Below, piece after piece: positions 50,201 through 63,540 of a stretch of 64,000 bases of DNA. A model generated the notes under the pieces. That model was not told where the DNA came from and searched no databases. It worked only from the letters and a program-made list of their open reading frames with translations. The position numbers and the translations under genes were made by a program. The stretch is taken from contig JAQGDQ010001036.1 in assembly GCA_030141605.1 (NCBI GenBank), forward strand, positions 4,498-68,497. Direction: 5' to 3'. Positions within the stretch are counted from its first letter, which is position 1. Each line of letters starts with the position of its first letter. This stretch comes from Tubiluchus corallicola (taxonomy: Eukaryota; Animalia; Priapulida).

Positions 50201-53200
50201 GCAAGTTCTTCAATACTTTTCCACCTGTTCATACACATTTAGCAAGTTCTTCAATACTTTTCCACCTGTTCATACACATTTAGCAAGTTCTTCATTACTT
50301 TTCCATCTGTTCATACACATTTAGCATGTTCTTCAATACTTTTCCACCTGTTCATACACATTTAGCAAGTTCTTCAATACTTTTCCACCTGTTCATACAC
50401 ATTTAGCAAGTTCTTCATTACTTTTCCATCTGTTCAAACACATTTAGCAAGTTCTTCAATACTTTTCCATCTGTTCATACACATTTAGCAAGTTCTTCAA
50501 TACTTTTCCACCTGTTCATACACATTTAGCAAGTTCTTCAATACTTTTCCATCTGTTCAAACACATTTAGCAAGTTCTTCAATACTTTTCCATCTGTTCA
50601 TACACATTTAGCAAGTTCTTCAATACTTTTCCATCTGTTCATACACATTTAGCAAGTTCTTCAATACTTTTCCACCTGTTCATACACATTTAGCAAGTTC
50701 TTCAATACTTTTCCATCTGTTCATACACATTTAGCAAGTTCTTCAATACTTTTCCACCTGTTCATACACATTTAGCAAGTTCTTCAATACTTTTCCACCT
50801 GTTCATACACATTTAGCAAGTTCTTCAATACTTTTCCACCTGTTCATACACATTTAGCAAGTTCTTCAATACTTTTCCACCTGTTCATACACATTTAGCA
50901 AGTTCTTCAATACTTTTCCACCTGTTCATACACATTTAGCAAGTTCTTCAATACTTTTCCACCTGTTCATACACATTTAGCAAGTTCTTCAATACTTTTC
51001 CATCTGTTCAAACACATTTAGCAAGTTCTTCAATGCTTTTTCCTCTTTTCTTACACATTTTCTGTTCATTCTTGTTTTTACGAAAAATTTACGAAAAATT
51101 CTTGTTCTTTTACTGAAGATTATTTATTTCCATTTCTGTTAGTTCGACATCGGACAGGTGAGTTTTACGGCAAGTTCGTGTTGCTTTCAAACTCCTTCTC
51201 ACCGCAATGCAAAATGCACGGTAGAAAGAGTTGACACCCGCACAAAATAATAATAAGTTGAATGCAACATTGTTGTAGTTGTTGTTGTTGTACAATCTAA
51301 CTGTTTTACGCTCTTAAATTCTGTGGTAGAGAAGAGAGAGAGCGGAAATCTTTGATGGCACCGCAGGCTAACGTGACGTAATTTGTTGTCTCTCAGTTTA
51401 CTTTGTTTTGCTGTTAATTTGAAATGTCGTAATGATTCCTGTTTTTGCACATAGTAGCATATAGATTTCGGTCGCTTGGTTTGATTCTGTGGTTGTTCTC
51501 TTGCACATTTGTTATTCAAATTGCTATTCTGACTGGCCTGTATGACGAGACTATACCGTCATGCTTAATATGCTGATTAACTGACATGTATACAAGTAGT
51601 AATGATACCTGTGCATGTCAAGCACTCTTTTTGAATCAGACTTGTGAAGATAAACAGTGGTGCTGTCCTCTGTTGGCCAGAAAGCTAATGTTTTGGCCAC
51701 AAAATGGCTATAGCCAAAAATGTGGGTTATCACAAAAACGTGGGTTAAAACTAGTGACTAGTTGAGCTTCTTGGTCTTTCACCATCCTATTTCCATTGTG
51801 ATATTTAAATACATTTACTTGCCTCAGTTATATCATGAGTATGGAAATAAATGCACGTTTTGAATTGAATTGAAAAAAAATTGCAGAAAAGATTGCTGTT
51901 ATTGCTGAATGTGTGCTGCAGTCTGCTGTGTTGTGAGTTTTGTTTTCGATCCTGTATTTTGCAATGTGCTTTGAATTACGCCACACAAAGTAAATCTACT
52001 TTTTAAATGATGCGATGAAGCTCGTGTTGATGAAAATGGCAGTACTCTTGATGGCGGTGGTGGACAGCAGCAGTGGTGATGGCAACAGTGGAAATCATGG
52101 AGGTGTAGTTTACACTTGCGAGTTTGCTGTCGAAGAGAAAACTTGCTACGGAAAATTCGCTGGTGTGAACGCAATATAAGACATCTTATAGTGTGTGTGA
52201 TACGGTATATTTGGGTTTGCAAAAACTATAAATATTGCTATGAAGTGAATAAATGTACTTTTATAATCTAATCTTTTGTATACTAGAGGTCATTTTATCT
52301 GAAAGCTTATAATGTTGCAGAAATCTTTATTGTTGGTTGACCTTGAGCAGCATGAAAGATGGGAATTATAACTTTAATAACATTGCATTACAGAGGTTGG
52401 ACACGAGTCATCGTCGAGAAGCCATTTGGAAAGGACCTTGAATCGTCCTCCAAACTGTCGAATCACCTCTCTGCTCTGTTCACGGAGGAACAGCTGTACA
52501 GGATTGACCACTACCTCGGGAAGGAGATGGTGCAGAATCTCATGATACTCAGGTGCGTTCGTTGCCATAGCAACGTTCTTAGATGCGGCGGGGTTTTGTG
52601 TCGCCAAAGCTATCAGGGAATACTTTGCACAAAATTGGTGCATTAGCATTGATTGATCATAATGGGAAAATAATGATTTTTGGAAATGCATCATTGCATG
52701 TGTAGCTTTAGCCTTTTTTCAGGGATGGGAATTTTCTGCGGATATACAGAATTCCGAGTTTTTGGAAGACCAGTAGTGCCATTTTTGTAAATCGCGTAAA
52801 TTCGTTGAGAAAATTTCTGTGTTTCAGAGTTTTTTGCAATTTGTCATTCTCATCCCTGTTTTTTGGCAATGCAGCAGAAAAGTTGCATTTCGTACGAGAC
52901 GTACGCTAATACCATTGATAGGTAGGAGGGTTTGTTTCTTATTGTTTTTAACCTGTGTAGAAAATTGCGTAGAGTTCTGCCATGTCAATTTGAAATGAGA
53001 TACATGACATTGCAAGCTGGTAAGTCAGACCTGTTGGCATTTTCGTAACAGCTTGCGAGGTACGGCACTTGGCTGTCCAGGGGTTTCAGGTTCGAATCCC
53101 ACTGGTGTCCACTCGCACACTCCGCTCTAACATTCTCTTCTTCTTCTTCAAATTCTCATTCCATCTATTGTAGACATTGACGTATCAACACTTATCAGAG

Positions 53201-56200
53201 TATTCCATCCACTCCTATCTGCGGCTAACAGCGTAAGCATAGCCTACAGCACCTGGTATTCTTAGGCGATCACACATCCAAGTACTAAGCAGGCTCTATT
53301 TTGCTTAACTTCACTGATCAGACAAGAACCAGTACAGCTTCACAAGAACTCGTAAGCAAATGGAATTTTTTTTTGCATTTTAAGGTTTGGCAATAGAATT
53401 TGGGGACCAGTCTGGAACAGAGACTCCATAGCTGCCATTACATTAAGTTTCAAAGAGCCATTTGGCACTCAGGGGCGTGGCGGCTATTTTGACGAATTCG
53501 GAATAATCAGGTATGAATTTTTTAGTCAGTGATTTATCATTTCTATTATGTAATAGTATTAGTTTTACGCTCTTATTATATTAATTTTGTTGCTAAAGCA
53601 CTATTCCTTAAAAGAAGACAGGATGATTTTTCATACACTACCCCGTTTTTCAAGTCCGATAAAAAGTATGCATTTTAACACGATTAATACTGAAAAAGTG
53701 TTTCTGATAATTAAATAATAGATTAAAAACTTAATTAACGGCGGGTGAGTCCAACTATTGATGACATCAAAAACAAAAATAATTTTCAACTGCAAAAATA
53801 TTCCACGAGCGTATTGCACGTGTTTGCGAAAGCGAAAATTGAAGTACAGTGCTACTGTAAGATATTCGTAGTGTTGTACTAAAACTAGGCAAGTTTGAAG
53901 ATAAAAATTCAAATTTTAAATTTTCTGCTGCGTTCATGCATGAGCTGTCAAACATGTGTAGTTCGTCACAAACTAACACACCTGAACTGAGAGGTACAGC
54001 ACATGTTTTTTGTGCAATACGTTTCTGAAATGCAGGCGCTAGAGCCCGTCTAACTAGCAAATAGTGAAATACCTGTAACAGCGAAGAACTAGTGGTGCGA
54101 ACGTGAAAGTTTGTTTGTGTGGTAAATGACGTAAGTCATTTTTGAAAAAAAATAGTATGTTTCCTTTCAATATTTTAAAACGTAAACGTGAAAGCACTTA
54201 ATTTCTAACAATACTTACAGTATATTGATAAAATTTTGCTGATTTTCAGTGTTTTGCTTGCTTGAAATTGAAAAATCCCTAATAGGATTTTCCTTTACAT
54301 TTCTGCTCAGGGACGTAATGCAGAATCATGTGCTCCAGATGCTGACCTTGGTTGCCATGGAGAAGCCAGCATCCACATCGGCAGATGACATTCGAAATGA
54401 AAAGGTGCCAATCCTCAAGTTTGTTGTGCTTCGTCACACGTGTGTGTATCTGTTGTAGCGTAAAATGGGCCTTGAATGGCATGATTTCTCTTCACTATGA
54501 GTGCACAGTAATGCTTCAATATTCACTCCTTCGGGACCATAAGTTTGCTTCATTTTGCACGGGGTTCGTGAAAAACTGCTCTTACCAAGCAGCAACTATA
54601 CTTGATTATTTTTGTAGGTTTCTACTCCTCACACAATGGATTTTCGTGCAAAATTATGTATGAAATGCATTTCCTTATCTTAGACATATTAAAAATCAAT
54701 ATGTGATGGAAAGCTTTCAGTAACCGCAGTGTTTGCACTTTAACAATGTACAGTATCACTAACAGTGAAATCAGCTAATGTAGAAAATTTCAGCCATCCA
54801 GACACAACACTCTGATATGCATTGGCCTCAAGTCTACTCTATTTTTAAGGAGAAATTCCTGTTAAAAGATGAAATGACCTTAATTTCTCCCTGGCCGATC
54901 AGTTGATTTTTCTTGGAACTCTGCACAGCAGATGATTCTCTTGAACTGCAGCAAGCAGCTGATCAACAAATTAGTATGTACTATGCAAGCGTACACCAGA
55001 CTAAGCTACTCGATAGGCTAAGTTGGAGTGCCTGAAAAGGGCATGTATGTCTTCATTTTATCCAATTAAATCACTTGTAAATGTTTAAACAAACAAGGTG
55101 ATTGGATAGTCGAGATTCTCCTGAATAGAATAATACCTAATTTGTAATAATTTAGTTATGTCTGTGCCCATACGGTAACAAAAAAGTCGCGGGTCTTATA
55201 AGACTTATTTTGAATGGCCTAAAGTAGTATGAATTAGTGTCTGATTTATAACTTCAACAGTATTTCAATGGAAACTAATCCAGAAATTCACAGTATTGTT
55301 CTTTTGCGCAGGTAAAGGTTTTGAAGAGCATGCCTGCTTTACAGTTAAGCAACACTGTGCTCGGTCAGTATGTTGGTAATCCTAACGGGCAAGGTGACGA
55401 GAAGGAGGGCTACCTAGATGACCCCACCGTACCCAAAGGTAGATCAATAATGTGTGACCTGTGACCACATTTGTTTTTCTGTTATCAAGCCCAGATCTTT
55501 GTCTGAAAGAGCCATCTACAGGATTTAAACATAAGCTGAATGTGTTCTTGCGTAGTCCTTAGCAACCAAACTTTTGTACAGCTGCTAAGTGTTTTTGGAG
55601 AAGCCTGATACAAAACAATGATAATGAGCAGTTTTCTCAAGATTATGTTTTTCACTGCAGAGACTACACCTCAACTTCAATGTGGATTATTTCAGCTTAG
55701 AAATAAGCTAAAGCGATGAGCTTGGTATCAAAATGATTCTCATGAAATGGCGATTCAGCACATGTGAATAACTAGAAAAGTTTAACTGCCAAATTATTCA
55801 CATTTTTGCCATGCCAGCATACATATCTATTATTGTTATTATTGGGAATTTTAAGGATATGGTAAATGAGTTGTGTGTGTGGACTTTAGTACTGCATTTT
55901 TGTATTCGTCGTGCTTAACAACTTACTGTTTATAATTGTGATATGACTGTCAGAAATTCTGAACAGTTTGATATAAAAGGTTCTTAGTGGTACATTTCTA
56001 TGTCTTTAGCAATGTATTTGTTGGTTTAGGTGGAATAGAGAACAATAAGAACTTTTCACAGTTTCGTTGTGCGCACATGAAATTGCTGTAGGTGAAAGGT
56101 TAAGCATTCCACAGCAACACGTCTTTACTAAACCATCATGTAATGTGCGTGTGAAACAAATCCGGCTGCCGTGTCAGTTTAGTAACTTCAGTTGTTTTAC

Positions 56201-59200
56201 GTAAACTTGACTTAATTTTGCATTAGTCTGTGCGTAGAATGATTTACTAGCAGGATCTTGCTTGGTAACAAGAAAAAATGAACTAGGTAAAGCTCTAGCT
56301 AGCTGTTAAAATATGTTAAAACTGTTATTGTTATAGTAGCATGGGCTGCGAGGCATGTCAAGTGTGCACACAAGTAAGTTGTCTGGTGCACTTAACCTTT
56401 GACCTTTTCACGATTGTCATCAATCGCTGGAACAGTGAAAAGGCTTATTAATGTCTGACAACTAAACTGACTGGTTAAGGCACACCTCACAATTTGTGAA
56501 TGCTACAATTAAAATGTCAAACATAGCCAAAAGGTCAATTCTTTTTTGGTAAATGTTGCTTTGATTTCACTATTCACTGGCGTTTTTGCTTTCGTAATTA
56601 AAAAAGCGCCCTCTTCTTTCAGGCTCCGTCACACCCACGTATGCTACTGTTGTCGGGTACATCAATAACGAGAGATGGGAGGGAGTGCCGTTCATTATGC
56701 GCTGTGGGAAAGGTAATCATGCTGTATTCAGCAGATTCAGTAGCATGAAACTGTAATTAGCAGGGATGAGAATTTTCCACTGATATGCGGAATTCCAAGT
56801 TTTTGGAAGACCAGTAGTGCCATTATTGTTATTTGAGTCAATTGCAGACAGCTTTGATATACTTTTGCATAAGAGCGGCCAGTACTTAGGTGTTTTTGAG
56901 ACAATTAGGTATCATGTATCCTTGATAGTTGGATATTTTGAATTATGCATGAAACAAGGTAATTGATATTTTAAGTCCACTTAGAGGTTCTCTATGGCGT
57001 ACGCGGCCCTCAAACCCCCCGGCCTGTTTCAGAGTTTTTTGCAATTTGTCATTCTCATCCCTGAATTACTGGTCACCTTGATTTGACGTCACTTGTTTAT
57101 AATTGGACAGCAGTTCATGTTTGTGGCAACAGATGTTTGTTTTAAAAAAAGTAAGAAAGTGCATTTCTGTATTGATTAACAAATATTACAACAGACATTG
57201 GGATGAGGTTTTTCTTCCCTCTTTGTCCTCCTGTGTGGCAAAAGTAATCACGCTGTATTAAGCAGATTCAGTAGCATGAAACTGTGACCACTGGTCACCT
57301 TCAATTGTCGTCATTGGTTTGTGGATGGACAGCAAGTATTTTAATGATGCAGTGTGGAAATGAGTAAACTCTTGAACTTTTGTGATAATAGAAATGTTTG
57401 TTTTAAAAAGTAGTTGCCTCAGTAAGAAAGTGCATTTCTGTATTGATTAACGAAGATTAATCAATGGTCTAATGACCCAGGAACTAATGATCTGTTGAAG
57501 TTGTTATTTTTCGGAAAAGATGAATTTAACTATGTTGCTAACTGTAAAATATTCCAATGCATACATGACTTTATGTTACGTTCTATCTAATATGAAACGC
57601 ATCAGTCTTAAATATTCGTACATTAATACTTTCTAACCGTCATTTTCTACTTATGTCTAATGTAATCTTGTAGTAAAATTTGTCAGCTTGTGTAGTTATA
57701 GTCTGTTCTTACTGTAAATGTTACTAATGTCTAATGTAATCTTGTAGTAAAACTTGTCAGCTTGTGTAGTTATAGATTCTTACTGTAAATGTTACTAATG
57801 TCTAATGTAATCTTGTAGTAAAACTTGTCAGCTTGTGTAGTTATAGTCTAGTCTTACTGTAAATGTTCTTGTAAATAGTGTATAAAGTCTGTTGTGGTGA
57901 GTACCCTAAATCATGTTGTTCAAACTGTCTGATCCAATCCTATAATAAATTATGTTTAAACTAACGAAGATTATAGCACACGTTGGGATGACTCTTTTCC
58001 TCCGTGTTTCTCCTCTTGTCCTCTTTCTGCCCTATTTTTGAAAATGGGCATGAGAAACCTAATTATTTAATCAGAGCTGCTCTTTTGTTTTTGTTGAAGA
58101 GAAATGAATCTTTTTTAATGAGAAATAAGTCATGAGTCATGAAAAAATAGCCCTCCCCAAACTAACGTTTAAACCTTCATCCTGGTAGAGGCATTTGTAA
58201 AAGGCACACATCGTCGTATAATCCGGTTTCTCTTCCTTTGAAAAACTTATAAGTTTGCCTCTAAGACCCCCTCAAGTACCTCTAGGAAGTGGAAAACCCC
58301 CTCAAAAATGGCCATTTTACTCATTGCTTGTACACCGTGTACAAAAGTCATCTTACTGGAACTTGTTGAGGTATTTGGAGGCAAATTTTTATCTATTTAG
58401 AAACGGGAAAATACTGAGCTACTCGGTCATGTGGGTGTCTTTTACAAGTGCTTCGACGAACACCATCTCACATCGGACAGTTACTTTACCTAGGAACGTT
58501 AGATTCCAAAAAGCCCCAATGACAAATTGATTGGTGGAAAATAGCATTTGAGCTTTTCGTGTTTCAGGGATGAGAATTTTCTGCGGATACGCGAAATTCC
58601 GAGTTTTTGGAAGACCAGTAGTGCCTTTTTTGTAAATCGTGTAAATTCGTTGAGAAAATTTTTACTGACCCAGTACATTATTTCACAATCTGACCGCTAG
58701 GTGGCAGGCCGTCACTTTGTTTACATCACGTACATCAGTGTAACCACGTGTATATCTCTATGTATAAAAATATAGAATTAATTGTGCGGAGTTATTTGAG
58801 TCAATTGCAGACAGTTTTTATATACTTTTGCATAGGAGCGGCCAGTACTTAGGCATTTTTGAGACAATTAGGTATCATGTATCCTTGATAGTTGGGTATT
58901 TTAAATTATGCATGAAACAAGGTAACTGATATTTTAAGTCCATTTAGAGGTTCTCTATGATCACAAAATTGCAATTTGTTGCTGCCTACGGCCTGTTTCA
59001 GACTTTTTTGCAATTTGTAATTTTTATCCCTGGTGTTTTTCGCAGCACTTAACGAGCGAAAAGCGGAGATTCGCATCCAGTTCAAAGACGTACCGGGCGA
59101 CATATTTCAGCAGACAACGAAGCGTAACGAACTGGTCGTACGTGTGCAGCCCAACGAGGCCGTTTACTGCAAGATGATGACGAAGACACCCGGCATGTCG

Positions 59201-62200
59201 TTTGGCGCTGAGGAAACGGAACTGGATCTGACATACGGCAGCCGTTACAAGGTGTGACCTCTGGCCTTGGCAGAGTCAAATGAAATCTTTTAGCATTCTA
59301 GTTACGAATATTTTTTGTTTGCTTTGCATTTTTACAGTCAGACCCAGTTTAATTAATTAATTAACTAACAAAGGCCTCGCAAAAAATTTTGCGTATAAAT
59401 ACACGTATAATCAAAAATACGCGAACATCCTACCTAGTGTTTGTTTACTTACCTAACGCAAAGCCAGCAGCAGCTTTTACTGAATTAAAGTTATAGACAG
59501 AGTATAATGGATGACGTCAGAACAATGGCTTTGCTTCTTCTTCTTCTGAATTTCGTCATATGATTAAACGCAATTGAAGGTATGGAAATTTCGTCTTCTC
59601 ATCTGCTCGTGATTCTTGCAGGGTGTGGTCATGCCCGACGCGTACGAGAGGTTGATTCTTGACGTGTTTTGCGGAACTCAAATGCACTTTGTGCGGACGG
59701 ACGAGCTCGCCGAAGCCTGGAGAATATTCACACCTCTTCTGCATCGCATCGAGAGGGAAAAAGTGAAGCCAGTTCCCTACGTGTACGGAAGGTAGGTTGC
59801 ATTATAACGTACAGATTTTATACGTGAAGAACAAAATGATTTGGCGCGGCCAATCAGCAAGAATTATCTTTTTCCGTTTAATTCCTTTAGAGTCGTCAGA
59901 TTTTGTGCTGTGAAATTTATGCATTTTTTCTTGCTTAATAATGCCCTTTAATGAGGATTTGTTTTAATGATTCCTAATTAGAGGATCTCGAAGAATTCAG
60001 CATATGAAGAGCACCCGTATTGCCGTTTGCCAGGAGGCAATTTCTAACACATTTAACAATAAGAACTCCATGCAGTGTCAAGTAGACGTTTAACATTTAG
60101 AACGGTATATTATTTGCAGTTATACTTTTGTGATTAAAGGAACAGTTCTTAAATTAGTATAATTCGAAACATTTATAGTTGTACTTACGCTCTATGTGGT
60201 ATGGCAGTATTATATGTAATTATTTTGTTGTTGTTATTTCAGCCTGATCATTGCTGAAATATCATAAATAAACCGCTTTGATTGATTCAGCAAAAACTTC
60301 CATAGTTATTTATGATCAGGCGTTCTAAATGTTAAACATCTGCTTGACACTGCATGGAGTTCTTGTCCTTTGCTGCCTTTTTTGTTTTTTTGTTGTGCTG
60401 TAAAGAAATTTCAATGAATTATTGTTGAATGTCGCGTAGGGAAAAACTCAAAAGCTTGCAGCTATGTAGCGAAACCTAAACTCAAGACTCCATGATTACT
60501 TGTTTGATAATTGAATGTTTATTGTTTAATGAGCTGAAATAAGATTCAGTGAGATTGTTTAGTGAGCTGAGATAAGATTCAGTGAGATTGTTTAGTGAGC
60601 TGAGATAAGATTCAGTGAGATTGTTTAGTGAGCTGAGATAAGATTCAGTGAGATTGTTTAGTGAGCTGAGATAAGATTCAGTGAGATTGTTTAGTGAGAT
60701 GAGATAAGATTCAGTGAGATTGTTTAGTGAGCTGAGATAAGATTCAGTGAGATTGTTTAGTGAGCTGAGATAAGATTCAGTGAGATTGTTTAGTGAGCTG
60801 AGATAAGATTCAGTGAGATTGTTTAGTGAGCCGAGATAAGATTCAGTGAGATTGTTTAGTGAGCTGAGATAAGATTCAATGAGATTGTTTATTGAGATGA
60901 AATGAGGTTGAGTGAGATTGTTTAGTGAGATGAAATGAGGTTAAGTGAGAGTGTTTAGTGAGATGAAATGAGGTTGAGTGAGATTGTTTAGTGAGATGAA
61001 ATGAGATTGAATGAGATTGTTTAGTGAGATGAAATGAGGTTGAGTGAGATTGTTTAGTGAGATGAAATGAGGTTGAGTGAGATTGTTTAGTGAGATGAAA
61101 TGAGGTTGAGTGAGATTGTTTAGTGAGATGAAATGAGGTTGAGTGAGATTGTTTAGTGAGATGAAATGAGGTTGAGTGAGATGAAATGAGGTTGAGTGAG
61201 ATTGTTTAGTGAGATGAAATAGGATTGAGTGAGATTGTTTAGTGAGATGAAGTGAGGTAGAGTGAGATTGTTTAGTGAGATGAAATGAGGTTGAGTGAGA
61301 TTGTTTAGTGAGATGAAATGAGGTTGAGTGAGATTGTTTAGTGAGATGAAATGAGGTTTAGTGGGATGAAATGAGGTTGAGTGAGATTGTTTAGTGAGAT
61401 GAAATGAGGTTGAGTGAGATTGTTTAGTGAGATGAAATGAGGTTGAGTGAGATTGTTTAGTGAGATGAAATGAGGTTGAGTGAGATGAAATGAGGTTGAG
61501 TGAGATTGTTTAGTGAGATGAAATAGGATTGAGTGAGATTGTTTAGTGAGATGAAGTGAGGTTGAGTGAGATTGTTTAGTGATATGAGATAAGGTTGAGT
61601 GAGATTGTTTAGTGATATGAGATAAGGTTGAGTGAGATTGTTTAGTGAGATGAAATGAGGTTGAGTGAGATTGTTTAGTGAGATGAAATGAGGTTGAGTG
61701 AGATTGTTTAGTCAGATGAAATAGGATTGAGTGAGATTGTTTAGTGAGATGAAATAAGGTTGAGTGAGATTGTTTAGTGAGATGAAATAGAATTGAGTGA
61801 GATTGTTTAGTGATATGAGATAAGGTTGAGTGAGATTGTTTAGTGATATGAGATAAGGTTGAGTGAGATTGTTTAGTGATATGAGATAAGGTTGAGTGAG
61901 ATTGTTTAGTGATATGAGATAAGGTTGAGTGAGATTGTTTAGTGATATGAGATAAGGTTGAGTGAGATTGTTTAGTGAGATGAAATGAGGTTGAGTGAGA
62001 TTGTTTAGTGAGATGAAATGAGGTTGAGTGAGATTGTTTAGTGAGATGAAATGAGGTTGAGTGAGATTGTTTAGTGAGATGAAATGAGGTTGAGTGAGAT
62101 TGTTTAGTGAGATGAAATGAGGTTGAGTGAGATTGTTTAGTGAGATGAAATGAGGTTGAGTGAGATTGTTTAGTGATATGAGATGAGGTTGAGTGAGATG

Positions 62201-62708
62201 AAATGAGGTTGAGTGAGATTGTTTAGTGATATGAGATGAGGTTGAGTGAGATGAAATGAGGTTGAGTGAGATTGTTTAGTGAGATGAAATAGGATTGAGT
62301 GAGATTGTTTAGTGATATGAGATGAGGTTGAGTGAGATTGTTTAGTGAGATGAAGTAAGGTTGAGTGAGATTGTTTAGTGAGATGAGATGAGGTTGAGTG
62401 AGATTGTTTAGTGAGATGAAATAAGGTTGAGTGAGATTGTTTAGTGAGATGAGATAAGGTTGAGTGAGTTGAAATAGGATTGAGTGAGATTGTTTAGTGA
62501 TATGAGATAAGGTTGAGTGAGATTGTTTAGTGAGATGAAGTAAGGTTGAGTGAGATTGTTTAGTAAGCAATAAACACCACTATAAACTCTCGAAACATAC
62601 CTTCATTTTCTTTTTTGCAGTCGAGGCCCAAAAGAAGCCGATGATTTGTGTCAGCGAGCCGGGTTTCGCTTCACCGGGACGTACAAGTGGACAAAGCCCA
62701 ATCTGTAG
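42645..62708 (+). CDS. G6PD: Glucose-6-phosphate 1-dehydrogenase, complete, 12 coding exons, 507 aa
   Basis: Exons 42645-42743, 45036-45073, 47304-47412, 47971-48188, 52394-52552, 53385-53510, 54311-54404, 55312-55438, 56623-56712, 59046-59251, 59622-59791, 62621-62708. All introns GT-AG with matching phases; 1524 nt including stop. Motifs [65 protein letters not shown]. Confidence 0.97.
46695..47202. repeat. Compound microsatellite, mirror copy
   Basis: (GAT/GGT)n(CATA)n, same length as the left copy; one substitution seen at 46891. Confidence 0.97.
49821..51042. repeat. 41-bp minisatellite, mirror copy
   Basis: Reverse complement of 8465..9686; same length, a few unit variants differ. Confidence 0.95.
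60061..60364. mobile_element. Fold-back MITE-like element with ~44-bp termini
   Basis: aagaactccatgcagtgtcaagtagacgtttaacatttagaacg ... cgttctaaatgttaaacatctgcttgacactgcatggagttctt. Confidence 0.75.
60517..62566. repeat. 33-bp minisatellite, ~2 kb, in the last G6PD intron; two subtypes plus occasional 18-bp units
   Basis: gagattgtttagtgagctgagataagattcagt (period 33: 60551, 60584) switching near 60880 to gagattgtttagtgagatgaaatgaggttgagt. Confidence 0.95.
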
Positions 62709-63540
62709 TTTCGCATCTTTATTAGTCATTAGATAGGACGAATTGAATCAATAGGTGTAGCTTCACGACGCCACGGCACGTGATTCGTTTCAGTTCCCGC
62801 TGTCAACAACTCCTTCTGTTTATATTCAGTTTTCTGGACAAATGCCATTAACAGTCCAGTCCCTGGAAAGGTTTCTGTTCTTGTTGTGCAGTATTTGGGC
62901 TGACTAAAGAAACTATTAGTTGCCATTACTGTCATTCTTGCATATTAAAGAAAATTTCCACAATCGACATCGCAAAATGGTCGACTCTCGATTTTAGACC
63001 GTTTTTTGGAAAAAGACAAAATTGTGAAAGAAGTTAATTTTTTATTTATTTCAAATTCTATTAAAAGCCAACTGTAAGAGCTTATTTTTAGTGACAAATT
63101 CCTGCCATTAGTTCGTAAAGGCCCCATTAGTGCTGGAATGATGATAATTTTTGCTGTTTAATTTTAGGTCTGGTAGATAAAGAATCCTTAAATTGCTCAT
63201 GTGATATCATTCCAATATAAGGATTTCAAAATGGCCACAAATATGGCTGCATTTGAAATATATGTGCAGCAAAAGGCCGTGTACAGTAACGCTAAGATGT
63301 TACACGGATTCCCTGACCTTGAAACCTATATTTAGACACCAAAATCATCATCACTCCGGTTGTAATAGCTATGATATAGCCTTCATAAGCTACAAAGCCA
63401 TGTTTTGTCGGCCATCTTGGCAATAATGGCCATATTTGTTGATTTTCATTTGGATCCATAAACAGAATTAATCACCTGAGTGTGGTTCTAGGATTCTACA
63501 AAGTTTTACGGTTTTAAAGCTTTGTATGCCGGTTTTTCAT

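Larger units (their letters stand above)
30946..59503. repeat. Right arm of giant inverted repeat
   Basis: Reverse complement of 1..28562, with only scattered substitutions and two small indels seen by eye (3 bp near 1729, 1 bp near 27411, left-arm coordinates). Confidence 0.98.

Noticed and set aside
1-59503. The arms as terminal repeats of a giant transposon or virus, or an organelle inverted repeat
   Set aside because: The arms hold ordinary intron-containing host genes, and the spacer has no transposase, integrase, polymerase or rRNA operon.
60517-62566. 33-bp array as a CRISPR array, telomere repeat or the 115-aa ORF at 62223..62570
   Set aside because: No spacers, not a TTAGG(G)-type repeat, and the ORF merely translates the 33-bp period within an intron.
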